Counted from the first letter of the whole stretch, positions 11,504 through 24,825 are shown. The stretch: DNA of 63,426 nt, filler included, from Globobulimina sp. (GCA_003354225.1; 51 parts of 51 records of this genome joined end to end with filler, not necessarily neighbours in it); one strand, 5' to 3'. Program-made: numbers and translations. The notes: generated by a model from the letters alone, not told the origin.

Positions 11504-12365
11504 TCAATTCCTGTTATATCGATTATTTGCAGGCATTCCATATCTTTGCGCGTCTGCCGGTGGCGGAGCTGAATTTGCGGCATTTGCATTACGCTGAAAT
11601 TGCTGCTGAGGCTGATTCCAATTGTTATTATACATTTGATTGAAGGCGGACGCATTCCGATCATTGTTCCCTCTCTTTCTCTTCAACGGATTTGGTTTAT
11701 GTTTAAGTTGCCCGCAGGCTCCGTTTACATGCCATCCTTTGCCACAATCCGCGTTATATAACCAATCCACGCATCCTTGCGTTTTCTTGTCATGATGACA
11801 GCGTTTTGATTGTCCAATCTTTGCCGTTGCACCGCCAATATTCAATAATTTCGGTTTCCTCAATTTTTGCCGTTCCAATTCGGCCAATAATTCATCGATT
11901 TTCTCAGTGTCAATCTCATCATATCTCAATCTTTTCATTTCCATCCATGGCAAAATCAGCTCTTCCTCCTTCGCTTCCTCTTCATGCTCAATATCAGCGA
12001 TCTGATTGTCGTTATTTGCTGTATTCACTCTCTTTGCCTCCAAAATCCGCTCTGTTTTGGTAATCACTCTCTGTGCGACTTTCTGCACTTTTCTTCGTGC
12101 TCCGGTGATCTCAAAAAATTCAATTTCAGCCATCCAGGATTGCCATGCAATCATATCCTTTCTTCTTATCATCTCATCGCGTAATTCCTCCACCAAACTG
12201 AGCATTTCCTTGGCTCCTTCATCCGATGCCGCCAATGGCTGCAATTTACTGATCATTGTCTTAGCTCTGACGATGAGTTCATCCCTTTTCACCAAAGTCA
12301 TTGCCAAATGCTCCAATGCCAAGAATGCCAATCTCTCAAATCCTGGCGCATTCTCATCAAAAGGC
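11504..12365 (-). CDS. Helical protein with C-terminal CCCH-type zinc finger; possible Gag-like ORF1 of a retroelement, partial
   Basis: CVDWLYNADCGKGWHVNGACGQLKH followed by an N/Q/P-rich tail; no introns. Confidence 0.45.
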
Positions 12366-13130
12366 NNNNNNNNNNNNNNNNNNNNNNNNNNNNNNNNNNN
12401 NNNNNNNNNTTAATTAATTAANNNNNNNNNNNNNNNNNNNNNNNNNNNNNNNNNNNNNNNNNNNNATTTACATCCAAAGATTCACTAAAAACACAAATAC
12501 TATATGCCATTAAAAACAATTGTAACCTGTTGTAAGCCATTGGGAGTATATCCATGTTCATATAATCCAACCTCATATCATTGGTTGCGGAATTATGGAC
12601 AGGGAGAGTCAACACAGATATTCGGTCATGTAATAAATATAATTTCTTTGGATTGTCATCATTTTTCATATTTCTTTGCAATGCATCAAATATTTTATGA
12701 TAAATTATAATATGGAGTATAATATGAATTGAAATTAACAATCAAATCGAATTATAAAATTCAATATTGTTGACAATGTAATTCCAATTCCCTTAATATT
12801 CTCTATTTTCTATTTTCTTCCGTTTCTTGCTCTGTAGTATTTAATACAATAGAATTTGTGTAACAGAAACAATAATTTGTGTACACACTCTGATTTTGCT
12901 AATTCATGAACCGCCTTGTCAAGTGCCGAGAAATTCGGTTGAATCAGTTCTTATATGATGGTAGTACTGGTTTGTGACGTTTGTTTGGCAATTGTTGTTA
13001 TGACATCACAATTGAATAAAAAAAAATGAAGTTGACACCAGGTGGAAAACTTCACAACTGTGGGGTCTTGACCCCACTAGGTTTAGTCTCGAAAACATTT
13101 ATTAAAAGTTCCCAACGCTAATTTTTATCA

Positions 13131-13611
13131 ATGGGCAAAAAGTTGTCTCTGCCGAATCGTAACAATTTTGATGTGGTAGGCGAAGGAAATATATTTGGTA
13201 GTTACAATATTAGCGGTGATGGCAATGCACAAATCTCTGGAGATTACAATGTCTGTAATGTCACTGGTTATGACAATGTTGTTAACAACAATATCCTCGG
13301 AGATAATAATGTAATTCTCCAATTTTACAGCGAGACAAAAGATGATAATAATCACAACCATGATAACGATGATAACAATACGTCTGATGACAACAATGAT
13401 AATCACGATGGCTACGATGACAGCGATACGTCTGACGATGAGGATGATGATATCGATCATATTATGGATAAGAAACAAAACAACAACAACAAGAATACGA
13501 ATACAAACACAGACACAAATACCATTACAAATAATAATAAACAACTGCAATATTCAATACATCCAATTAGAAAATTAAAAAACAGGAAAAGAAAGCGCAA
13601 TGAAATGGATT
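13131..13611 (+). CDS. Low-complexity protein with N-terminal (N)x(I/V)xG beta-solenoid-like repeats, partial
   Basis: NISGDGNAQISGDYNVCNVTGYDNVVNNNILGDNNV followed by D/N tracts. Confidence 0.5.
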
Positions 13612-14079
13612 NNNNNNNNNNNNNNNNNNNNNNNNNNNNNNNNNNNNNNNNNNNNTTAATTAATTAANNNNNNNNNNNNNNNNNNNNNNNNNNNNNNNNN
13701 NNNNNNNNNNNCGTGGCGCGGGCGAGGAAGTGTTGCAGTTGTTGTGGGTGACAATTCAATTTGGAGACAGCGAGAGTGGATTTAAAATTAAAAAGCAAAC
13801 GCATATTATCAATCCGCATGAACAAACCAAAGTGTTTATTCACCAGATTATTATTATAAATGCCAGAATATTGGGAACGAAGAACAAATAAAAACAAATT
13901 CAAAGGATGCGAGAGTATAAAAAAAGTAAAAATGTGGGGAATTGGAAAGATTAAAAGGTATACGCAATGGGTGACAATGCGTAAAAGAGAGTTATAAAAA
14001 TTACGAAAAAAGTAAACAAATAAAGTGATATAAATGACGATTGGGCTATTTATATAGCCATTGTTGTGGAGATCTAACA

Positions 14080-14857
14080 TTATTCGGAGCTGTTGCTATT
14101 ATCACCATTATTATTAGTATTATGTGCATTATCCTTGGCGGCTTTCGTGGAGATACTGTATGATTTTTGTACTTGATATTTGGAGGAGAGGTCCGCTCCT
14201 TCGGTTTGCTTCGCGATTAATACTGCTAAGGCCGCCTCGTTCAGTATGATTTCTTTGCCATTGATTGATAATACATTGTTGAATAATAGGTGTCCGATAT
14301 CGTTGTCATTGAATATCTGCTTTACGAATTTATTTACGGTGAATGCCAACTGGTCCATTGTGGACAATTCATCACATTCCACTTTTTTATCATCGATGAC
14401 TAAATTCTTAATTGATGCGAGGCCGAATGAATGATAATACAATGTCAAGGTTTGTTCGTTCGGGGCGTTTCCATTAAACGGTACCCCTTTGTATCCATCT
14501 TCGATTTGAGGCCGCGTTAAGTCACAGCCGCTACATTTGTTGGATAAATGGCCACATTTGGCCTGGACATTCGCTCTGTTCATGCTCTTCAATACTTTCT
14601 CCATGATCGCCTTTGCCGTTTGATTCTGGGTCATCTCATATTTCTTATTTTGTTTTGCTTCTTTTAATTTTGCTGCAAAACGATCGCATTTACCTGGATT
14701 TGGGCAATATATCGATGGGCAATAATAGCAGTTTGATTTTCTATTAATAGTCATCGCGCCACGTTCAACTATATCGTCAGTATAGGTCTCCACCACATTT
14801 GCAATCATTCCACTAATTACGACGGTGTTGCAAGCTAATGCCAAATTGGTTGCAGGT
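14080..14857 (-). CDS. Hypothetical Cys/His-cluster protein, partial
   Basis: Open frame of over 250 codons containing CYYCPSIYCPNPGKC and CGHLSNKCSGC. Confidence 0.55.
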
Positions 14858-15030
14858 NNNNNNNNNNNNNNNNNNNNNNNNNNNNNNNNNNNNNNNNNNN
14901 NTTAATTAATTAANNNNNNNNNNNNNNNNNNNNNNNNNNNNNNNNNNNNNNNNNNNNATCCTGAAACATGCGATCTAATTCCATAAATTCCCAACCTTGC
15001 GACCCAAATAATACGCCATTCCATGCATGT

Positions 15031-15112
15031 CATCGCCGTAGGATTTGAACCTACATCCATTTGGTTTGCTATCCATCCATTTGAACCTACATCATCGCCG
15101 TAGGATTTGAAA
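15031..15112 (-). repeat. Duplicated tRNA T-arm (B-box)-like fragments, SINE-like
   Basis: GATGTAGGTTCAAATCCTACGGCGATG on the minus strand plus partial copies; no complete cloverleaf. Confidence 0.55.
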
Positions 15113-15690
15113 CATTGGAGACATGAAATGTAACGGTCTCGAAAAACACTTAGTTGGACATTCTCAATTTGAACAAATGATATCAAATGCCGTAATAATC
15201 ATTAACAATTGTGCAATCGATTTTCCGTTGCGACGCGTATCTGCCATGTTAGGTGGATTAGGGTTTTCAAATAAAAAACATCACTTCAAGATTAATTCAA
15301 CTTTAGTTTTTTGCATTAGATCTGACCCTTTGTTTCTGTCTACCCAGTGAGGAAAACTCTTTAAACTTGGGTAGCCATGACTACCCAGATGCAACAGGAG
15401 TCAAATAATCGAAACTTTGCGGCGAAGGCAATATGATAAACTTGATGTGAAAATATGGTAAATTAACTCACCTCACACTGGTCGCGCGATATAAAAGATA
15501 ATATCATGATAAAACTATGGTAAAATGTGCATACATGTTCAGTGCAATATCTGCAGTGGCAGATGCACATTTTACCAATTGACACACAGCTTGGATGAGT
15601 TGTTTGAAGACCCTCAATGTAGAAAATACATTTGAACCGCGAAAACATTACACTGTATGATATTAAAAAAATTAAATAAGCTTATAGAAA

Positions 15691-16103
15691 TTAATCATTT
15701 TTGATTTTATTCCATCCAAAATCCTTCTTCAACCATCTGAACAATTTTTCATTTTCTTCATAAAATATGCGATAAAGTTTGTGTCGCTCTGATGGAGTCA
15801 TTTGAATGGTGACGGCTGCTGAGTTAACCTTTCTGATGTATTCTTTGCTACTTTGCATGTATTTATTGCAGCGACGCAATAATTCACTCTGATGCAATTT
15901 ACATCCAACAAATGCGCAGATTCTATGCAAGGTTGCACATAAATCGAGATTTAACTCGTTCACATCAATGATTAATATTTGTTCTCTCTGAAACACTTTT
16001 AATAATCTTTGAATGTTTTTGAAATAAAAACCCCTTTGAATGATGGGTAGATTCCACAACATAGAATGAAAAGCAGTCAACTCACAATCATTGACCTTCA
16101 TTT
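15691..16103 (-). CDS. Sulfotransferase (heparan sulfate 3-O-ST-like family), C-terminal part
   Basis: RGFYFKNIQRLLKVFQREQILII...ICAFVG...LYRIFYEENEKLFRWLKKDFGW. Confidence 0.75.
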
Positions 16104-16897
16104 NNNNNNNNNNNNNNNNNNNNNNNNNNNNNNNNNNNNNNNNNNNNTTAATTAATTAANNNNNNNNNNNNNNNNNNNNNNNNNNNNNNNNNNNNNNNNN
16201 NNNGTGGTGTTTGATATGGCATTGCTTATTCATTTTAGTGTGGGGATTGGCTATTTTTCAGCAATTATTGGTGCTGTTTTGTGTTGGATGGTTTTGGTTG
16301 TTGTGCGTTCTGTCATTGTTACATTATTTGGTATGTGTTGATTATCAGTTGATATGTATTTATATTATATGATTATGACAATTAAAATTAATATTATAAT
16401 AAAAAAACAGTATGTTTTGCTGAAGAAGAACCTGCAATTTTATATGCAAATCGTAGAGAGGATTTTGGTGTGGCTAACGTTAAACAATACACACAAACCA
16501 CTCCATATCATTTAAACTATTTTCTAATGCATTAAAAATACCATATCCATTCCAACTCCATATCCATTCCAAATCTTTTAGTATTTGTTTCTGTTGACTA
16601 TGATATCGTTTGTGTTGACTGTGTTTGCTTGTTCGTTCCTTTTTGTTTACAAAAGGTCACAAAATCGTACCGTTTCTGTGGAAAGAAAGGTTCCGAACTT
16701 AGTTGGTATTAGTCTAATGCATTTCTTTCTACAAACCTCTAAACATAAAAAACATGAAACCTAAAACCATAATTTATATATACTAGTTTTATTTGTTGTG
16801 GCTTTAATACAATTTTATGACGTTCCTTTAAATTTCCAATGCTTAAAATTTAATAATTTTAATTCAGTTTTACTTTGAGAATACTTTTACAACAACG

Positions 16898-17349
16898 ATG
16901 AAACAATGGTATCGATGGATTATTTGTGTGATTATATGTGGAAATCAAATTGGCTATACTATAAATCGTTTTATATTGGTACCAATCCAAGATCAAGTAA
17001 TGGATTGGTATGATATCAATGCTGTACAATACAATTTATTAATGACATTATATGCTTGGCCAAATGTTGTTTTTTGTATACTATTCGGTATATTGATCGA
17101 TAGATTTGGTGTAAGAAAGATTTTATCATTTGTATGGTTGTTAGATTTTATCGGATTATTATTGATTGTCTATAGTTGTAACATAAAGAATTATACGTTA
17201 TTATGTGTGGGACGAACAGTGGTCGGAATGGGCAATGAAGGATTAGATTTATCATTGAAATTGTATGCAATCTCTTTTTTTAAACCAAACGAATACGGCA
17301 TCGTTTTTGGAATATTTTGTGCTTTTTCATCAATTGGAAGTGCCATAAA
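16898..17349 (+). CDS. Major facilitator superfamily transporter (MFSD1-like), N-terminal part
   Basis: QYNLLMTLYAWPN, motif A GILIDRFGVRK, and GRTVVGMGNE. Confidence 0.85.
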
Positions 17350-17449
17350 NNNNNNNNNNNNNNNNNNNNNNNNNNNNNNNNNNNNNNNNNNNNTTAATTA
17401 ATTAANNNNNNNNNNNNNNNNNNNNNNNNNNNNNNNNNNNNNNNNNNNN

Positions 17450-18404
17450 AGAAGAGGGACTGGTTGCAATATGGTTTAGATCCAATAAAGGTACAGAATA
17501 TAAATGTGGACCCACTTGGACTGTTACAGACGATTCCGGTTGGATTGAACATACAAATTATTATTTATCAGGCTTCCAATACGAAGCTGGATGGATTATT
17601 GATCGGATTGGTTTTCAGTTTACAATGTATACAACTTCAGCACCCACTAATTTTCCTAGTTTTTCACCAAGCAAATATCCAACAAATAATCCGTCAATAT
17701 CTCCATCAAAATATCCAACAAAATCAGGGCGTGAAGCAGGTGCAGTGAAGGATGAAATTTCTACGACTCACACTTATAAAAATGACACACTTGGAACCGG
17801 TACAAAAGACATTGATATGGTTTTTATTATAATTGTAAGTTTGATTTGTTTATGTTTTATAATTATTGCATTGGTTATTTGGCGGGAAAAATCAAAGAAT
17901 TCCAACAAAGAATCAATGAAAAGTTTAAGTGCTGCCAATGAGATTGGAAGTGTTTCGTCTGTAACAACAGACGATTGTTTATCAGAACTGACACATAATG
18001 CAAATAGAAATGTTGCACTAAAAGTAATATCAATGGTAAATACTGATTATGGCCAGGCAAGTCAAGGGAATGACGAAGGAGTTGCTACAACAAATACAAA
18101 ATATAATAATGCGTACGGTGGAGGAAACGAATTGGAAGTTGATAATATTGTAAATACGGATAATGATAATATTAATAGCGATGGGAATGATGAAATAGAT
18201 GACATTGTAAATGAAATTAATAAAACTGATTATGGCAATGAGAATAATCTGTCAAATGATGAATTTGAAGTAGAACAAGTAACCCATGGCAATGGGAATA
18301 ATCTGCCAAATGATGAATTTGAAGTAGTCGATGATAATATGAATGCATTGCAATCTGGAAATGTCAATGTAACGCCAGGTGTTAATGAAATTACTACTGC
18401 CTGA
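17450..18404 (+). CDS. Type I membrane protein C-terminus (PT/PS-repeat stalk, TM helix, acidic N-rich tail)
   Basis: APTNFPSFSPSKYPTNNPS stalk, TM VFIIIVSLICLCFIIIALVIW, duplicated GNxNNLxNDEFEV. Confidence 0.7.
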
Positions 18405-18758
18405 TTTTATAAAATATAAATTATGTGTTTGAAATATAAATATTATGTGTTTTGTGTTTGGAATATAAAAGTTGTATAAAAAAGTAATCTAAACATGAAG
18501 AGTTAACGTTCTTATATATATCAAAAAAAAACTCCAATTTCGGCGAGTCTGTTGAATCATGCTTACAAGACAAACCACGTATCATCGTCTTGATGNNNNN
18601 NNNNNNNNNNNNNNNNNNNNNNNNNNNNNNNNNNNNNNNTTAATTAATTAANNNNNNNNNNNNNNNNNNNNNNNNNNNNNNNNNNNNNNNNNNNNTATAT
18701 CCTGGCACTCAGCAAAAGTTACAACAACAATAAAAAAATAAAAAAACGAAAAGTAAAG

Positions 18759-19763
18759 TCAATTTCCGCAACTCCTTTTTGGTGTTTTTTTTTGTTTTAT
18801 TTTTTTTTTATTTATCGTTATTCTCTGCAGATATTGGATGGTTTGATTTTGTTGATTTATGTCGGAATTATAATCATTTATTTCCTTTTCAATAATTCGT
18901 TGGCAATACGCAGGCTCGAATCGAATATGAAAGACAGAGGATACATATTGAGACATTTTGCAGATGGATGCCACTAAATCCTTATAACTAAAATCTGATA
19001 AAATGCTTATTACAAATATGGGATCGTCATCTTTCTGCATCGACATCTCTGCGGAGGGGGAGGCGGAGGCGGATGCCGATAAATATATTTCTAACTGTAT
19101 TTCTTTAATATCGTGATGTCCGTTGGTATCATGTTGCTGTTGCTGTTGCTGTTGTTGTTGTTGCTGTTGTTGCTGTTGTGGTTGTGGTTGTTTTTGTTTT
19201 TGTTGTTTATCATTTTCAATTTTAACAATATGATTTGAAGATGCTTTGACAAAGTATGCACATTTTTTATTTGTGGTAAAATATCGCGTCCCGTGATAGG
19301 CGCCGTCGTTGTCTCCGATTGGTTTTCTAAATTGAATGCCATAATAAATATCTTTACATCGCGGCGGTATTCCAATATATCGGACAACACCGATACTTTT
19401 GCGATTTCCCGCATATAATTCAATACAATCATTTATTCCAATTCTGTGAATTGTATCATTTGGTATTACTTCTTGAATTCGAGCAAAACGCAAAAATAAT
19501 CCGCGTTTGCTTTTACATTTGAAATATCGGATATTGCCAACCGTGCCATTGGATTTTCCTTTTGCTTCTGTTAGTTCTATACCATAATATATACCTTTTC
19601 GTCCTTGGATTTCGCCAACAAACCTCACTTTTTATTTTTGTTAATATAATATGATATGATTAATGATATTATATTATATTATATAGAGCATACCTGTTCC
19701 CATCAAATCTTTAGTGAGCCGCACCTTATCGCCAACTGTTACCACTTGGTTGACACCAGCCAT
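18759..19763 (-). CDS. Tandem CAP-Gly domain protein with polyQ; intron 19628-19693
   Basis: YYGIELTEAKGKSNGTV..RYF and YYGIQFRKPIGDNDG..RYF; a GT-AG intron joins the MAGVNQVVTVGDKVRL exon. Confidence 0.9.
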
Positions 19764-19941
19764 GTCAGACAATTAAATGTAGAGGTTTTACTAACAAAAA
19801 CTTGCGTTATCTTCTAAACACAAACAAAAAAAACAAAAGTGNNNNNNNNNNNNNNNNNNNNNNNNNNNNNNNNNNNNNNNNNNNNTTAATTAATTAANNN
19901 NNNNNNNNNNNNNNNNNNNNNNNNNNNNNNNNNNNNNNNNN

Positions 19942-20470
19942 CGGCGACAACAACACATAATCCATTATGTTGAATATATTTATTTGCGGTCCGCGCCAAT
20001 ATGCAAATAAAAACCACCTCCAATGCAAAAAACAGCACCAAGCCTTTCAAAAATGTGGTGTTATATTTTAAAGTGCCCGATTCATGAAAAACATCATATA
20101 GTCTGACAATATTATACAACCATAAAAAGAATTTACTGCCAAAATAGAGCCACAGATTAATTACAATCAATATGTCGCAAATGTTCGCCGAAACGCGATA
20201 AAACCACGGAAACGTAATAAACATTAAACTGAGCTCATTTAAACCAAATGAAATTATTGCTGCTAATGTGGCATACCATATTTTCGAATTTAACTTATTT
20301 TCGCCTTTGATTGATGCCGATTTGTTGTTCCTCCATATTATAAATATTAACGTTACAAAACAAAAGATAGTTCCAAATGTCGTCCAAAATCGATCACAAA
20401 GTAAGGTTGATTGATTTATATCGAATAACCAATCTTTACCAACATCTGTTTCTTCCGCTGTTGCTGACAT
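19942..20470 (-). CDS. Multi-pass GPCR-like membrane protein, N-terminal part
   Basis: Four hydrophobic helices in an ATG-initiated ORF. Confidence 0.6.
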
Positions 20471-20549
20471 TATTGCAATGTAAAAAAAAAAAACAGCCTG
20501 AAAACGTTATAAACGATCCGTTAACGGTTAACACTTTCAAAATTGATCG

Positions 20550-21087
20550 ATGTTGAAATCCGTCCTCGATGGTTTAACACCTACCATTGAACCAGTTGTT
20601 GGGTGGTTCAATGAACGTAAACGGTTACGAAAATATTTAACATACATTTGTATTACATTTGGTATATACACTATGCGCAATGTATTTTGGTTTGGTTATT
20701 ATAAATATTATAAATTTCCACCATACATAACATTGGGAGTCCCATTTTTTGGAAATGGAATATTATTCGCTCGTGATCCAGAAAAATTTTGTTTATCCAC
20801 TGTGTGTGGCGCCGGCGACAAGAAAGGAAATAAATATTCATTAACCTCTGTTCCTTTGGGCTATCAAACAATAATCTTTGTCAATAATTTTGAAATTGCG
20901 AAAAAACTGTTAAAAACACAAGAAATTGGATGCAATCGACCAATTTTTAGAAACCAATTTGAATTAATACCCGATTTTGCGTTTATTAATGGTGCCGACT
21001 GGCTAAAACGAAGAAAATTGATTCAATCTGCATTTGGTTCGATTGCTAAATCCTCGGTTATTCATAAAAATATATTGAATCTATTCA
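20550..21087 (+). CDS. Cytochrome P450, N-terminal part
   Basis: N-terminal TM anchor, PP...PFFGN hinge, NRP, and NGADWLKRRK (WxxxR helix C). Confidence 0.85.
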
Positions 21088-21282
21088 NNNNNNNNNNNNN
21101 NNNNNNNNNNNNNNNNNNNNNNNNNNNNNNNTTAATTAATTAANNNNNNNNNNNNNNNNNNNNNNNNNNNNNNNNNNNNNNNNNNNNAAACACATTGTAA
21201 TTATAAAACTGTAAATTGCTTTTTTTCTTGTTTCCGGTGCTAAGTATGATAATTGACATATCTTAGTAAAAACTTTGTGAGC

Positions 21283-22135
21283 ATGGGCACAGATTCAGAG
21301 ATCAGAGAATGGGCGAATGCTGGCGAGAATTTAGATGTCTATCAAATAAATGCCATATTTGCAGGCAGTGGTGATAAAAAAATAGTATGTATGAGTTATT
21401 GGAAAACAATGGCTTGTGTAGGGTTGCAGACTTTTGGCATTGTAGTACTTATGACCTTACAATGGGAAGCAGCCGGTTATGATTGTCCTGATGTCGATAT
21501 ATGCCATGGTGATTTCTCTCGTGATGCGTGGATTGCATTTTTCTTTGCATTATTTGTGTCATTAGCTTGTGGGGAACAATTAAGAACGTTGGGCGAATAT
21601 GGAATGTATGTAAACTGTATATAATTTATATCAACTATCCTCGCACTGCATTTATTACATTGTAAAAAGGTATCAATGGGGCTCTGATCAACCTGCCTCA
21701 GTCTCGAAATTCTGGGTTGCCGTTGGATTATTGACAAATACAATTGTTTTAACATTGACGTGGGTTTGTTCCACATTGACTATCATTACAAGTAAAGGAA
21801 TTGATGTAATTGTATTAAATTCAGTGGCTGTGCTATTTATGGTAACATTGGATGATGAAATTGTAACTTTTTCGGATTATTCGCAAGTACAAATGTCACT
21901 TGGACAAGGAACTGTGAGTAAATGTTGCATGGCATGCGATTTTGTAGGGGGGATATTATTAAAACTTCAGTTATTATGGAAAATACCATATTTATGCAGT
22001 ATAGTCATGTTCCCATTGACTGTGGTCGTACCTATATTCGTATTGGCATGTTATAATTCCACTGAATTTATCGATGTTACTACTTGTACTGTGCAAAATA
22101 TTGAGGATGCCATAGCTGCGGCTGCTTTACCATAG
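21283..22135 (+). CDS. Multi-pass membrane protein; intron 21606-21669
   Basis: Two hydrophobic ORFs joined in frame by a GT-AG intron; IVLNSVAVLFMVTLDD motif. Confidence 0.7.
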
Positions 22136-22433
22136 ACTCAAATCAATGTAAACAAATTGTTCGTGTAATATAATATACATAATCAAAAACATTTTTTTTT
22201 TTGTGTCTTAGATTAAAACCTGCTTAAATAAGTGATTCTGTTCATGGCTTGCATGAAACGCTCCGACAACAAATAAATAGGTACAGAAACGTTGCTCATC
22301 TCAAGTTTAAATCAATCATACACAAACATGCAGNNNNNNNNNNNNNNNNNNNNNNNNNNNNNNNNNNNNNNNNNNNNTTAATTAATTAANNNNNNNNNNN
22401 NNNNNNNNNNNNNNNNNNNNNNNNNNNNNNNNN

Positions 22434-23544
22434 TTTGTGCCAGGACGCGTGTGTTTGTTTGGCGAACATAGTGATTGGGCGGGTTCATACAGGAAAATTG
22501 ACCCAAACATCAAAAAAGGCAGATGTATTGTATGCGGTACTAATCAAGGAATTTTACAATAAGTATCAAGCTCAATTCATAATGAATAGTCACAAAGACA
22601 AAGGATTTGATTTTAATGAATTACACAATGTAGAACAATGGACAGAAAAAGAAGATTTTGTTAAATTTTGGAATTCATTTCATATTATCATTCCATTAGA
22701 TTTAAAGTGTCACATTTTATGTAGTAAACAATTTCCAAACAAATCAGTTAGTATGAAATTAGAACATATTATTAATTTAGATAATAAACAAAAAATAATA
22801 AATTTTGATTTTAAAAGTGACTCAGTATTCATTCCACAAATTAAAACATTTACTGTTGATGATGGTGCAAACGAAATTATTAAGTATGCGAAACATAATA
22901 AAATAAAAATTTTTATTTGTAAACCACAAAATGGTGCGGGAGGAGTCAAACAAATCATAATCACTCCTGAAAAGTTACAGTCAAAGTTAAAGGATTTAAA
23001 AACATTTATAATTCAACCGTATTTTGAAAATTCTGTTATTTATGGCTGGAATGGAATTGTAATTAATGGAGATGTTCAAAAAATGATGATTGGTTCGTAT
23101 GGTTCTTTAACACTGTGTGATCATACATTTGGTTGTGAAATGCAATTAATAAATCCCAACTGTGATCAATTTGCAAATAACATTCGTGATTTCCAAGAAG
23201 GATGGATGAAAAAACACAAAATTAATGGATTATCAGAGAGTGAATTCTTATTAGATAAAGATTCAAATACTTTATATTTAATGGAGATTAACCCAAGATT
23301 TTCAGGTGCAGTGTCCTGTTGTGATAAAAGAGGAATGAGTCCATATGCTGAAGAAATTATTGGAAGTTATTTGGAATATTTTTCGGAACAAACAATGGTT
23401 AGAAATACAAAAGATAAGTGGATTTGTAACACAGGTAATGAATGTTTAAAATGTGCGTCAGGCTTCAAAATGATGTATTCAGTTGAAGGAATATTAGGTA
23501 TTATTAAGATGTTAATTTTCTTGTTTGTGATGGCAATATTTTGA
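22434..23544 (+). CDS. ATP-grasp domain protein with hydrophobic C-terminus
   Basis: IPQIKTF, FICKPQNGAGG, FIIQPYF, EFLLD, LMEINPRFSG. Confidence 0.85.
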
Positions 23545-23679
23545 ATTGAATTTTGTTGTTTGTTGTGTCTTGTTTGTGANNNNNNNNNNNNNNNNNNNNN
23601 NNNNNNNNNNNNNNNNNNNNNNNTTAATTAATTAANNNNNNNNNNNNNNNNNNNNNNNNNNNNNNNNNNNNNNNNNNNN

Positions 23680-24825
23680 GAGATCGATGTCCATGTCCTT
23701 CGGAGAAACCACAATGGAGCAATTGCCAAATAACTGCAACAACCCACAACTTTCCCAACATAAATGCCATGAATCGGTAGAATATGCGCTTTCCATAACA
23801 AGGGCGAGTGGAGCGCCAGGATATGACCTAATAAACACAACACACTTGAAACTGAACCACAAAATTCAATGCGAACTGCTCAATAATATGTATAATACTT
23901 GGAACACAACTTTCCATGTGGCAAACTTCACCAGGATTGGATCAATCGTTTCCATTCTTAAAACGCCAGATGGTAACACTCCAAACCAGTATCGTCCCAT
24001 AACACTCTTACTTGTGATTTTCAAAATATATGAACGTTTACTGCTGATGAATCTAAGTCATTGTCACAATTTTCGAAAAAATTTACATGAATTACAGGGA
24101 GGAGATAGAACAAAACGAGGAGTGGCTGAACAGTTGGGTACATTAAAAATTGTCTCTGAAGTCACAAAACAGAGGAATTTACCACTTTATATGGCCTCGC
24201 TTGACATTAAAAAAGCTTTTGACACAGTCTGGCGCAAAGGTTTAATGTATAAATTGTATGACCACTTCAAAATTATAAAAGGTCAGAATTATAAAAGGGA
24301 TCTATGATCAATCCTACTCTGCGATAAGGAACGTACCTTTCATTAGTGATATGTTTGAACTGAAAAATGGAGTATTGCAAGGCTCAGTTCTTTCCCATAT
24401 CCTTTTCGCTGCATTCATAAATGATCTGATCTCTTCGCTGCAGAACTCAGGAAACGGTGCACAAACGCAAATAATGGGACAAAATATTGCAGTCATAGCA
24501 TATGCTGATGATATGATGCTCCTTTCCATTGATCTAAACGCACTCAATTCACTCCTCGAAATCTGTGAGAAACACTCTAAAGCTTGGAAATATAATTTCA
24601 ACTCCTCAAAATGCAAGGTTATTCTTTATAATGACTCTTCCTCGACACAGGCACAATATAATGAAATAATATATACAATGAATGCCGAGGAGAAACAGAG
24701 CATAATACATGAGTACAATGATGCTGTCCAAAATGAGAATATTGTCTCCCCACCCATGAAAATCATACAGAAACCAGTCGAAGACCAAGTTTTGGCGATA
24801 AATATAATGGGCGAAAACCAAGCAT
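23680..24825 (+). mobile_element. Non-LTR (LINE) retrotransposon reverse transcriptase fragment, frameshifted
   Basis: YRPITLL, QGG, LDIKKAFDTVW, GVLQGSVLS, YADD, FNSSKCKV. The frame changes at a duplicated AATTATAAAAGG (about 24271-24298). Confidence 0.92.

Noticed and set aside
22434-23544. ATP-grasp enzyme as the maturase of the 7089-7376 repeat peptide
   Set aside because: Different contigs with different composition (host-like versus bacterial); no linkage evidence.
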